From an uncultured Gemmatimonadales bacterium (lineage in GTDB: Bacteria > Gemmatimonadota > Gemmatimonadetes > Gemmatimonadales > GWC2-71-9), in the NCBI GenBank assembly GCA_963825055.1, contig CAWGSK010000012.1, positions 576,001 through 640,000 of the forward strand: a DNA stretch of 64,000 nucleotides, in the 5' to 3' direction. A program made the translations under genes and the position numbers. Shown here piece after piece: positions 17,584-26,768 of the stretch. Each line of letters starts with the position of its first letter. Position 1 is the stretch's first letter. Under the pieces are notes generated by a model. The model made no database searches and was not told the origin of the DNA. It saw only the letters and a program-made list of their open reading frames with translations.

Positions 17584-19464
17584 TCAGGTGAGAGCTGCAG
17601 CGTCGAGAATGAGCGCGGGGTGACCATCCCCGAGGATGGTGGCACCGCTGAACACCGGGAGCATGCCCCGGGGCGCATCGAAGGCCTCCACCACGATCTC
17701 GTGCTGGCCCAGAAGCTGGTCCACCACCAGGGCGGCGCGGCGCTCGCCGGCCACGAGGATGATGGTGGGCCGGCGCCCGGTTACCGCCATCGCCGGCGCG
17801 GATATCTCGAGCACGTCGCGCAGGTGGCGCGTGGGGATGACGTCATCCCGGAGCACCAGCGCCTCGCGTCCGCCGAGCGAGGTGACGCGCTCGGGATCGA
17901 ATTGCACCGTCTCCGCCACGTGGGTGAGGGGCACGGCGTACCGCTCCTCGCCCACCCCGGCCAGCAGCACCTTGAGCACGGCCAGGGTGACCGGCAACTG
18001 CATGGTGACCGTCGTGCCCCGCCCGGGATCTGTCCGGAGGCTGACCCGCCCGCCCAGCTGCCGCACGCGGGACAGGACGGCGTCCACCCCCACGCCGCGG
18101 CCGGAGACGTCCGTCACCTGCTCGGCCGTGCTGAACCCGGCGCGCGAGAGGATCCGCAGCAGCTGGTCATCCGGGAGGGTGCGCGCGTCAGGCTCGACCA
18201 GCCCCTCCTTCCGGGCACGCGTGAGGACCCCCTCCCGATCGATCCCCCGGCCATCATCGATCACCCGGATCGCGACGCCCTGACGGTCCCGCGCGGCCGA
18301 CAGCACGATCCGGCCGGCGGCGGGCTTGCCCAGCCGCTCCCGCTCGCGGGCGGGCTCGATGCCGTGGTCCACCGCGTTCCGCAGCAGGTGCAGCAGCGGG
18401 TCGCCGATCTCGTCCAGGATCGCGCGGTCGAGCTCGATATCCCCGCCCTCGATCTGGAACTCCACCCGCTTGCCGAGCTGGCGCGCGAGATCGCGGATAA
18501 TCCTGGGGTAGCGGTCGAACACCTGCCACACCGGAGTCAGTCGCACGGCGATCACTTCGCTCTGGAGCGTGTTCACCAGCCGCGTGATCCTGGCGCTCAC
18601 CGCCTCGAGCTCCGGCGACGCCGAGCCGGTCACGACGTCGGTCAGGCGGCCGCGCGCCACCACCAGCTCACCCATCACGTTCATGAGCGTGTCGAGCCGC
18701 CCGAGGTCCACCCGGATATGCCGGCGGGCGCCGCTGCCGGTCTCGCCGGGCGCGACCTCGGCATGGACAGGCGCCTCACCGATGGCGACCTCGTCGATGT
18801 CACCGGCGGAGCGGATGGCCGCCTCCAGCGCGGCGTCGTCCGCGCTGCCGTCGAAGCGGAACGAGAAGGCGCCATCGAAATCGTCACGCTCGAATGCCGC
18901 GACCGCCGGGCGCACCCCGTCCAGCCGCCCGAGGCCCTCCGCCTTCCGGAGCGCGATCGTCGCGCGGCCGCCGCGCATGATCGCGTCGCGACGGACACGG
19001 ACCCGGACCAGGCGTCCCGCGGCGGGCTCCGCCCTTGACGCGGAAGCCGCGCCGGGCATGGCAATCGGGAACTCGGCCGTGCCCATGCGGGCGGCGGCAG
19101 CATCGAGATCGGAAAGCAGCGACCCGAGATGCGCCCCGGCATCCTCGCCCCTGACGGCGATGTCGATCCCCTGTTCCAGCGCGTCCACCGATCGGAACAG
19201 CAGCTCGAGGACCTCTGGAGAGGCAGGGGTAATCCGCTCGCGCAGCAACGCGAGGAGGTTCTCCGCGCGATGGGCGAGGTCGGTGACGGGCCCGTAGCCC
19301 ATCGTCGCCGCCATGCCCTTGATCGTGTGCATGGCACGGAAGATCCCGCCGACCGGCTCCACCGAAGCCGGGTCGCGCTCCAGCTCCAGCAGGAGCCGGT
19401 TGCACGTCAGGAGATGTTCGCGACTTTCCGCGAGGAACAGCGAGGCGTAGCGGGAGACGTCCAT
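17584..19464 (-). CDS. cheA: Chemotaxis histidine kinase CheA
   Basis: Hpt FRAMHTIKG, P2 domain, HLLRNAVDHG, DDGRGID, GFST, SGRGVG, C-terminal CheW-like P5. Confidence 0.96.
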   Translation of the reverse strand: MDVSRYASLFLAESREHLLTCNRLLLELERDPASVEPVGGIFRAMHTIKGMAATMGYGPVTDLAHRAENLLALLRERITPASPEVLELLFRSVDALEQGIDIAVRGEDAGAHLGSLLSDLDAAAARMGTAEFPIAMPGAASASRAEPAAGRLVRVRVRRDAIMRGGRATIALRKAEGLGRLDGVRPAVAAFERDDFDGAFSFRFDGSADDAALEAAIRSAGDIDEVAIGEAPVHAEVAPGETGSGARRHIRVDLGRLDTLMNVMGELVVARGRLTDVVTGSASPELEAVSARITRLVNTLQSEVIAVRLTPVWQVFDRYPRIIRDLARQLGKRVEFQIEGGDIELDRAILDEIGDPLLHLLRNAVDHGIEPARERERLGKPAAGRIVLSAARDRQGVAIRVIDDGRGIDREGVLTRARKEGLVEPDARTLPDDQLLRILSRAGFSTAEQVTDVSGRGVGVDAVLSRVRQLGGRVSLRTDPGRGTTVTMQLPVTLAVLKVLLAGVGEERYAVPLTHVAETVQFDPERVTSLGGREALVLRDDVIPTRHLRDVLEISAPAMAVTGRRPTIILVAGERRAALVVDQLLGQHEIVVEAFDAPRGMLPVFSGATILGDGHPALILDAAALT

Positions 19465-19468
19465 GGTA

Positions 19469-19831
19469 TCACCCGAGGACGCGCTGCACCGCCTCGAGCA
19501 CCCGGGATGGCTGGAAGGGCTTGACGACGAAATCCTTGGCGCCGGCCTGGATCGCCTCGACCACGAGCGCCTGCTGTCCCATCGCACTGCACATGAGCAC
19601 CTTGGCATCGGGATCCGCCTTGCAGATCTCGCGCACCGCCTCGATCCCGCCCATGTCCGGCATGACGATGTCCATCGTGACGAGGTCGGGCTTCAGCTGG
19701 CCGTACTTCTCGACCGCCTGCCGCCCCGTCTCCGCTTCGCCCACGACATCGAAGCCGGCCTGGGAGAGAATGTCGCTGATCATGGTGCGCATGAAGATCG
19801 CATCATCGCAAACGAGGACGGTCTGAGCCAC
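19469..19831 (-). CDS. cheY: Response regulator CheY
   Basis: VCDDAIFMR, TMDIVMP, MCSAMGQ, FVVKPF; GTG after GGAGG. Confidence 0.93.
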   Translation of the reverse strand: MAQTVLVCDDAIFMRTMISDILSQAGFDVVGEAETGRQAVEKYGQLKPDLVTMDIVMPDMGGIEAVREICKADPDAKVLMCSAMGQQALVVEAIQAGAKDFVVKPFQPSRVLEAVQRVLG

Positions 19832-19914
19832 GCGAACGCCTCCGTGCCTTGTGCCTCGGTGATCCTGCGGCCCAAGCGGGCGGCTCCCGCCGCACTGCCT
19901 GGGAACGACTGCCA

Positions 19915-20355
19915 TCAGCCCCCGAACACGGGAGCCAGTAAGACCTCGGTATCGAGGACGATGAAGACCTCGTCACCGCGCCGACCCACGGCCCCGACGA
20001 GACGTCCGTCCACGCCGGGCAGGTCCTCCCTGGCATCGAGGGCGTCGGCGGAAACCTTCACCAGGTCAGCCACCTCATCCACCAGCAATCCGAGCGGCCG
20101 GCCGGCCACCTCCAGCAGGAGGATGGACGGGTCGTCCGGCGGCGGACCGGCATGGCGACCCAGGACCCGGCGCCCGTCCACGACCGTGACCAGCCGGCCA
20201 CGGACGTTGACCAGGCCTTCGACATTTTCCGGTGCACCGGGAATACGCGCCGCGGCCCCAGCGGGGACAATTTCCCGCACGCTCCGTACCGGTACCGCAC
20301 AGTGCAGGTCCCCGATGCGGAACAGCAGCAGCGACACCTGGGTATGGTCAGCCAT
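19915..20355 (-). CDS. cheW: Chemotaxis coupling protein CheW
   Basis: IPGAPENVEGLVNVRG, LGLLVDEV; ATG overlaps the rluD stop. Confidence 0.9.
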   Translation of the reverse strand: MADHTQVSLLLFRIGDLHCAVPVRSVREIVPAGAAARIPGAPENVEGLVNVRGRLVTVVDGRRVLGRHAGPPPDDPSILLLEVAGRPLGLLVDEVADLVKVSADALDAREDLPGVDGRLVGAVGRRGDEVFIVLDTEVLLAPVFGG

Positions 20356-21388
20356 GTTGTTCCAGGAAACCAAGATACCGCAACGAAAGACGATCAGCAA
20401 CCAGCCCTGTGCCGGCGGCGGCGGCCGCCAGCAAAGGCCGCAGGTCCTGGGGCCATTCGGAAAGAAATTGCAGCGGCGTTCCGCGGGTGGGATGGCGAAA
20501 GGCCAGCGACGCGGCGTGCAAGGCCTGGCGCGGTGCCAGTCGCTCCAGCCGTTCCGCCTCGGGCCTTCCCGGGCCGCTGATCCGGCGGCTGCCGCCACCC
20601 CCATAGACCGGATCGCCCACTACCGGGTGCCCCACATGGGCAAGATGGACCCGGATCTGGTGGGTCCGTCCGCTATGGAGGGTAAGGTGGAGGAGGTCAA
20701 CCACCCCGAATCGCGCGAGCACCCGGGCATCGGTGCGCGCAGCCCGCCCTCCGTCAAGCACCGCCATGCGCTTCCGGTCCCGGGGATGGCGGGCGACGGG
20801 CGCCTCGATCGTGAGCGGGCTGGCATCGAGGTGGCCCCAGGCGAGCGCGGCGTACTGCCGGATGATCCGGCGGGCGGCAAGGGCGGCGCCGAGGCGGCGG
20901 TGGGCCAGGTCGGTCCGGGCGACCACCATCAGCCCGGAGGTGTCCCGATCGAGCCTGTGCACGATCCCGGGCCGCCCGGCCGCGCCTCCGGAAAGGCTCG
21001 TGCCACGCGCCGCCAGTGCGTTGACCAGGGTGTCGTCCCAGTGTCCGGGCGCGGGATGGACCACGAGGCCCGCCGGCTTGTCGATCACCAGCAGGTCCTC
21101 ATCTTCGTAGACGACATCGAGCGGGATGTGGGCGGGGGTAATGTGCCGGACTTCGCGCTCGGCCGGCATCGTCACGGCAATCGTGTCTCCGCGAAGCACG
21201 ACCCGGCTGGCGCGCGCCGGGCTCTCGTTCACCTGGACCAGGCGGTCGGCGATCAGCCTGGCGGCCTGCGTCCGTGAGATCCCGAGCTGGTCGGCGAGAA
21301 AACGGTCGAGGCGTTCCCCGGCGTCGCGCGCCGCGGTGAAGACGGCGCGCGCGCCCTCAGCCGGCGGAAGCGGATTCCGGCTGGGCAC
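20348..21388 (-). CDS. rluD: RluA/RluD-family pseudouridine synthase
   Basis: S4 RLDRFL, KPAGLVVHP, HRLDRDTSG, GRTHQIRVH, GDPVYG. Confidence 0.92.
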   Translation of the reverse strand: MPSRNPLPPAEGARAVFTAARDAGERLDRFLADQLGISRTQAARLIADRLVQVNESPARASRVVLRGDTIAVTMPAEREVRHITPAHIPLDVVYEDEDLLVIDKPAGLVVHPAPGHWDDTLVNALAARGTSLSGGAAGRPGIVHRLDRDTSGLMVVARTDLAHRRLGAALAARRIIRQYAALAWGHLDASPLTIEAPVARHPRDRKRMAVLDGGRAARTDARVLARFGVVDLLHLTLHSGRTHQIRVHLAHVGHPVVGDPVYGGGGSRRISGPGRPEAERLERLAPRQALHAASLAFRHPTRGTPLQFLSEWPQDLRPLLAAAAAGTGLVADRLSLRYLGFLEQHG

Positions 21389-21866
21389 GGCGGGCGTCCT
21401 CCCGCCAGAGCGAGATGGCCAGCGCGATGGCGCCGCAACTGACGGCGACGTCGGCCAGGTTGAAGGTCCACCAGCGGAGGTTGCCGATCCCGAAGTCGAG
21501 GAAGTCCACCACCCCGAAGGGGCTGCGGACGCGGTCGATCAGGTTGCCGATGGCGCCGCCGCAGATGAGCCCCAGGGAGAGCTGCCGGAACCGGTCGCCC
21601 GGTTCGGCCGAGCGCGACATCCGCACCAGCACCACGACGGCCACCACCGCAATGGCGAAGAAAATCCACCGGGAGTAGACACCCAGGTGCAGCCCGAAGG
21701 CTGCCCCCGGGTTGTAGACCAGGCGCAGCTGGAAGAAGTCGCCCAGGACACGCAGGCTGGCCGACCGGAGCAGGGTGGCCTCGGCGAGGAGCTTGCTGGC
21801 CAGGTCGGCCAGCACCACCGCCAGGGCCACGGCCCAGAAGAGCCGCCGGTCAGCGCCGCTTGGCAT
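21357..21866 (-). CDS. lspA: Lipoprotein signal peptidase II
   Basis: NPGAAFG, GGAIGNLIDR, VVDFL, FNLAD. Confidence 0.95.
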   Translation of the reverse strand: MPSGADRRLFWAVALAVVLADLASKLLAEATLLRSASLRVLGDFFQLRLVYNPGAAFGLHLGVYSRWIFFAIAVVAVVVLVRMSRSAEPGDRFRQLSLGLICGGAIGNLIDRVRSPFGVVDFLDFGIGNLRWWTFNLADVAVSCGAIALAISLWREDARRAQPESASAG

Positions 21867-22233
21867 CCTCTTCCGCCTCCTTGCAGGAAATGCAGAGCCG
21901 GGCGTGCGGCAGCGCGTCCAGCCGTTCGAAGTTGATCTCCTGGCCGCACTGATGGCAGAGGCCGAACTTCTCGGGTGCCTGGTACATCCGGCGCAACGCC
22001 TCGTTCACGTGCCAGAGATACCGCCCTTCCTGCGACGCGAAGAGGAACTGTTTCTCCCGCTCCATCGCGTCGGTGCCCTGGTCGGCCATGTGGAACGAAT
22101 AAGACGACAGGTCCCCGTCGGAGGACTGGAGGGTGGCATTGAAGGACTCGTCGTAGTGGCCCAGTTCCTTCATGACCCGGGCACGTTCCTCGAGCAGTCG
22201 CTGCTCGAGGTGGGCGAGCTGTTTCTTGGTCAT
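21850..22233 (-). CDS. TraR/DksA C4 zinc-finger protein
   Basis: HMADQGTD coiled-coil tip; CHQC..RLDALPHARLCISC. Confidence 0.9.
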   Translation of the reverse strand: MTKKQLAHLEQRLLEERARVMKELGHYDESFNATLQSSDGDLSSYSFHMADQGTDAMEREKQFLFASQEGRYLWHVNEALRRMYQAPEKFGLCHQCGQEINFERLDALPHARLCISCKEAEEDAKRR

Positions 22234-22262
22234 TAGCGCTTCCGTCTGTGGGTGACGCCGGC

Positions 22263-25200
22263 CTACGGCCTGCCGTCGTCGATCCGTTGAATTCCGACCT
22301 TCACCGTATGGCCCTCGATGTTGACATCCTGCTCGGCCTCGCCCGGGCTCCCTGCCCCGAAGGTCAGCCGCCGCGCCAGCGTTTCCTGCTGAATGAACGC
22401 CCCGTGGGCCCGCGCCGCCTCCACCACCGGCTCCGGCCCCTCGATGGCGAGCGCGATCCGCGTGGTGTACTCGAGGCCGGCGTCCTTGCGCAGCCGCTGG
22501 ACGTGGTGCACCAGCTCGCGCGCCATGCCCTCCTGCCGGAGCTCGTTGCTGAGCGCGGGGTCCAGCGCTGCCACGAACGGCCCGTCACTCTGGACGACCC
22601 AGTCGCTCGTGACCTCCCGCTCCACGGTCACGTCCTCCGGGAGGAACTCGAGGGCGCCGTCCGCGTGCTCCACCGCGACCGCCTCGCCGCCCTCGAGACG
22701 ACGGAGCTCCGCCGACCCCAGCGCCGACGCCACCTCCGCGACGGCCGGCGTGCGCTTGCCGTACCGCTTCCCCAGGGAGCGGAAGTTCGGTCGCGCCCGC
22801 AGGCGGACCAGGTCGGCGTCGGAATGGACGACTTCCACCGCCTTCACGTTCACTTCCCGGCAGACGAGATCCAGCAGCGCGTCAAAGTCCGGCCCCCGGA
22901 CCTGCTCCGGCACGGCGACCTGCAGGCGCGCCAGGGGCTGCCGGACCCGGAGGTTCACCGACTCCCGGCCTGCGCGCGCCAGCGAAGCGAGCCGCCTGGC
23001 GCCGTCCATCGCGGCATCGAGGGCGGGGTCGCCGCGGTCGCGTGGGACGGGGAAACGCGCGAGGTGCACGCTCTCCCCCGTCAGCGCGCGGTGCATCCAG
23101 TCCGTCAGGAACGGCGCGGCCGGCGCCAGCAGCCGTGCCACGGTCTCCAGTACCTCGCGCAGGGTGGCAACCGCAGCGGCATCGGGCTCGCGATCCGGTG
23201 CCCAGAAGCGCGCGCGGTTGATCCGCACGTACCAGTTCGACACATCCTGGTCCACGAAATCCATGATGGCCCGGACACCGCCCGTGGCGTCGTAGGACCC
23301 CCACGCGTCCCGGACCGCCGTCACGGTCGCGTCGAGCCGGCTCAGGATCCAGCGGTCACTGATCTCCGTCGCACCGCCGGGCACATCGGGGACATCGGCC
23401 GGCGCGTACCGCGCAAAGAACTCGTAGGTATTCCTGAGCCGGTTCAGGAAGCCGCCCACGAATTCCTGGATGCCGGCGGCATCGAACCGCTTGGGCAGCC
23501 AGACCTGGCTCGAGGCCAGGAGATACAGCCGGACCGCGTCCGCACCGAACCGTCCGAGGACGTCCCACGGGTCGACCACGTTGCCGCGGGACTTGGACAT
23601 CTTCTGGCCCTCGGCATCCAGCACCAGGCCGTTCACGATCACGTTGCGGTACGCCGGCTGGTCGAAGGCGCAGGTCGCGATCGCGAGCAGCGAGTAGAAC
23701 CACCCCCGGGTCTGGTCCACGCCCTCGCAGATGAAGTCCGCGGGGAAGTGCCGGGCGAATTCCGTCTCGTGCTCGAACGGGTAGTGCCACTGGCCGTAGG
23801 GCATGCTCCCCGAGTCGAACCAGGTATCGATAACCTCGGGAGTGCGCCGCATGGTGCCGCCGCAGTCGCAGGCCCAGGTGTACCCGTCAATGAACGGCTT
23901 GTGCGGGTCGAAGTCGTCCGGCAGCGCACGGCCCCAGCGCTCCGCCAGCCTGGCGTAGCTGCCGATGACCTCGACATGCTCCGCATCCCGGTCGCACACC
24001 CAGACCGGCAGGGGCGTACCCCAGTAGCGGTCACGCGAGAGGGCCCAGTCCACGTTGTTCTCGAGCCACTCCCCGAAGCGGCCACTCCCCATTTCAGGGG
24101 GATGCCAGTCCACGGCCCGGTTGTGCGCCAGCATCCGGTCCTTCATGGCCGACGTCCGCACGAACCACGAGTCCCTGGCGTAGTAAATCAGCGGGCTGCG
24201 GCAGCGCCAGCAGTGCGGGTAGCTGTGCCGGTGCTCCTGGGCGAGGTGGAACCGGCCGTCGGCCTTGAGCCGGTCGATGATCAGCCGGTTCGTGTCCCGG
24301 TCGGTCACCAGGAGGCCCTCGATCGCGGGCCACCGCGTCCCATGGAAAGTGCCGTCGGCCGCGACCGGACGCGCGAGCGCCAGGCCGTGCTCCTGCCCCG
24401 CGGCGAAATCGTCCGCGCCGAAAGCCGGCGCGAGGTGTACGAGACCGCTCCCGTCTTCCGCGGTCACGAACGCGCCGGGGACTACCTCCGCCGCCTTTCC
24501 CTCGGGCAGGTCGACCACGTCGAGCGGACGGGTGTAGCGCTTCCCGACGAGTGCGCGGCCCGGGAAGGTGGCCGAGGCCCCGATCTCGGCGAACCTCGGG
24601 GCGCCCTTTGCCGCCGAGCTCGGCAGGGCCGCCCGCGCGGTGGCCAGGATGAGCCGCCGCCCGTCGACCTCGTACTCCCCGTATTCCATGTCCGGATGCA
24701 CCGCGACCGCGACGTTCGAGAGCAGGGTCCACGGCGTCGTGGTCCACACCAGGAGCTGCCGGGAGGGATCGTCCTCGAGCGGGAAGGTCACGTACACCGA
24801 GGTCGTCGAGATATCCTCGTAGCCCTGGGCAAGCTCGTGACTGGACAGTACCGTGCCGCAGCGCGGACAGTACGGGAGTACCCGGTGGCCCCGCGTGAGG
24901 AGGTCCCGCTCGAACAGGCGGTGCAGCAGCCACCAGACCGTCTCGACGTAGGAATTCGCATACGTGATGTACGGGTGCCCATAGTCGAGCCAGTACGCGA
25001 TCCGGTCGGACAACTCCTCCCACTCGGACTGGTAGCGGAAGACACTCTCACGGCAGAGGGCATTGAAGCGCTCCACGCCGTAGGCCTCGATATCCTGCTT
25101 GCCCTTCAGCTGGAGCTGTTTCTCGACCTCGATTTCCACCGGCAGGCCGTGTGTGTCCCATCCGGCGATCCGGGTGACCGACTCGCCCTGCATGGCGTGG

Positions 25201-25418
25201 AAACGGCAGACCATGTCCTTGATGGTCCGGGAGAACACGTGGTGGATCCCGGGACGGCCGTTGGCGGTGGGCGGCCCCTCGTAGAACACGAACGGCGGCC
25301 CGTCACGGGTGGCGTCGAGCGTGCGGTGGAAGAGGTCTTCCTCCTTCCAGCGCTCGAGCAGGCTCCGCTCGAAAGCATCGGCCCCGCCCTGGGGCCAGAG
25401 GGGCCAGGCGGTACTCAT
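22263..25418 (-). CDS. ileS: Isoleucyl-tRNA synthetase, type 2
   Basis: FYEGPPTANGRPGIHH, GWDTHGLPVE, WTTTPWTL, SRDRYWGTP, DQTRGWF, KMSKS. Confidence 0.97.
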   Translation of the reverse strand: MSTAWPLWPQGGADAFERSLLERWKEEDLFHRTLDATRDGPPFVFYEGPPTANGRPGIHHVFSRTIKDMVCRFHAMQGESVTRIAGWDTHGLPVEIEVEKQLQLKGKQDIEAYGVERFNALCRESVFRYQSEWEELSDRIAYWLDYGHPYITYANSYVETVWWLLHRLFERDLLTRGHRVLPYCPRCGTVLSSHELAQGYEDISTTSVYVTFPLEDDPSRQLLVWTTTPWTLLSNVAVAVHPDMEYGEYEVDGRRLILATARAALPSSAAKGAPRFAEIGASATFPGRALVGKRYTRPLDVVDLPEGKAAEVVPGAFVTAEDGSGLVHLAPAFGADDFAAGQEHGLALARPVAADGTFHGTRWPAIEGLLVTDRDTNRLIIDRLKADGRFHLAQEHRHSYPHCWRCRSPLIYYARDSWFVRTSAMKDRMLAHNRAVDWHPPEMGSGRFGEWLENNVDWALSRDRYWGTPLPVWVCDRDAEHVEVIGSYARLAERWGRALPDDFDPHKPFIDGYTWACDCGGTMRRTPEVIDTWFDSGSMPYGQWHYPFEHETEFARHFPADFICEGVDQTRGWFYSLLAIATCAFDQPAYRNVIVNGLVLDAEGQKMSKSRGNVVDPWDVLGRFGADAVRLYLLASSQVWLPKRFDAAGIQEFVGGFLNRLRNTYEFFARYAPADVPDVPGGATEISDRWILSRLDATVTAVRDAWGSYDATGGVRAIMDFVDQDVSNWYVRINRARFWAPDREPDAAAVATLREVLETVARLLAPAAPFLTDWMHRALTGESVHLARFPVPRDRGDPALDAAMDGARRLASLARAGRESVNLRVRQPLARLQVAVPEQVRGPDFDALLDLVCREVNVKAVEVVHSDADLVRLRARPNFRSLGKRYGKRTPAVAEVASALGSAELRRLEGGEAVAVEHADGALEFLPEDVTVEREVTSDWVVQSDGPFVAALDPALSNELRQEGMARELVHHVQRLRKDAGLEYTTRIALAIEGPEPVVEAARAHGAFIQQETLARRLTFGAGSPGEAEQDVNIEGHTVKVGIQRIDDGRP

Positions 25419-26245
25419 GCCCCCAGCTCCCCCACCACCGCCCGGACCAGCCGGCGCAGGTGGGGCTCCGCGCCTGCCGCGGCGGCCAGGATCGCCTCCA
25501 GCGAGGCCGGCTCCAGGGCGTCAGGCAGGCACCGGTCTGTGATCACGGTGATGCCCAGCAGCCGCATGCCGGCCTGGACCCCCGCCAGCGCTTCGGGCAC
25601 CACGGACATTCCCACCACGTCCGCGCCGCTCGCGCGGAGCCAGCGGTACTCCGCGCGGGTTTCGAGGCTCGGGCCGAGCACGGCCGCGTAGATCCCCTCC
25701 CGGAGCGTGATGCCGAGGCGCGTGGCGTGTGCGCGCGCCGCGGTCCGAAGCCCGCCATCCCATGCATCGGTGAGGTCGGGAAACCGCTCGCCCAGGACGG
25801 GATCGTGCGCGCCCCCGAGCGGCGTGGTACCCATGAGGTTCAGGTGATCCGCCAGGAGAACAAGATCGCCGGCCTCCCAGAGCGGATGCATCCCGCCGCA
25901 GGCTCCCGTGAGAACCAGCGTGTCCGCGCCCAGCGCGGCGAGGACGCGCACCGGCCAGGTGGAGGTGGCGGCATCCCAGCCCTCATACTGGTGCCCGCGG
26001 CCTTCGAGCACCGCCACCGGGGTCCCGTCGAGTCGTCCGAGCAGGAACCTCCCGGCATGGCCCGCCACCGCGGTGTGGGGAAAGCCCGGGATGGCATCGT
26101 ACGACATGGCGACCACCTCGGTGAGGTCGTCCGCGATACCGCCGAGGCCGGTGCCCAGCACCAGGCCCGCGCGCGGACGCAGGTCGGACTGCGCGCGGAT
26201 TCCGGCCACGGCATCCTGGAGGCGGGCAGCGACGGCAGTGCTCAC
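25415..26245 (-). CDS. Purine-nucleoside phosphorylase (trimeric family)
   Basis: LVLGTGLG, GHAG, EGRGHQYEG, GPSLETRAE, VGMSVVPE; GTG start just after the divIVA stop. Confidence 0.9.
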   Translation of the reverse strand: MSTAVAARLQDAVAGIRAQSDLRPRAGLVLGTGLGGIADDLTEVVAMSYDAIPGFPHTAVAGHAGRFLLGRLDGTPVAVLEGRGHQYEGWDAATSTWPVRVLAALGADTLVLTGACGGMHPLWEAGDLVLLADHLNLMGTTPLGGAHDPVLGERFPDLTDAWDGGLRTAARAHATRLGITLREGIYAAVLGPSLETRAEYRWLRASGADVVGMSVVPEALAGVQAGMRLLGITVITDRCLPDALEPASLEAILAAAAGAEPHLRRLVRAVVGELGA

Positions 26246-26252
26246 GACGGCC

Positions 26253-26768
26253 TCAGGCCCCCTGGCCCCGGAGGATCTCAGTCTGTGCGCCAGCCGACTG
26301 CTGGGCATGTGCCTCGAGCCCCTCGACCTCGCCGAGCTGGCGCTCGAGGAGCGCGCGGAAGTTCGAGAGATAGGAGGCAAAGCGGCGCGCGGCCTGGTCC
26401 ACCCGCTCCCGCACCAGCCGCTCCTCCTGCTGGACCTCGTGCAACTGGCGCAGCGCCTCGCTCTTGGCCTCGCGGATGATGGACTCGGCCTCCCGGTCGG
26501 CGATCTCCTTCACCTCGGCGCGCAGCTGCTGGGCCGCGATGAGGGCGTCGTTCATGGCCCGCTCGCGGTCGCGGAAGGCGCGGAGCTGCTCCTGCATGTT
26601 GCGCAGGCGCTCCTCCCAGTGCGCGCGCTCCCGAAGCAGGCGCTCGATCTCGGCGCTGACCCGCTCCTTGAACTCGTCGACCTGGTGCCGGTTGTAGCCA
26701 CGGACGCCGACCTGGAATTCCTGGGCGCGCACGTCATGTGGTGTGAGATGGAACGCGTCATCCGTCAT
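26253..26768 (-). CDS. divIVA: DivIVA-domain protein
   Basis: LTPHDVRAQEFQVGVRGYNRHQVDEF followed by a long coiled coil. Confidence 0.9.
   Translation of the reverse strand: MTDDAFHLTPHDVRAQEFQVGVRGYNRHQVDEFKERVSAEIERLLRERAHWEERLRNMQEQLRAFRDRERAMNDALIAAQQLRAEVKEIADREAESIIREAKSEALRQLHEVQQEERLVRERVDQAARRFASYLSNFRALLERQLGEVEGLEAHAQQSAGAQTEILRGQGA

Noticed and set aside
16249..19038. 929-aa plus-strand ORF and other long plus-strand ORFs (e.g. 22248-25691, 9174-10997, 27575-29476)
   Set aside because: Antisense shadows of well-supported minus-strand genes in high-GC DNA; no recognisable motifs
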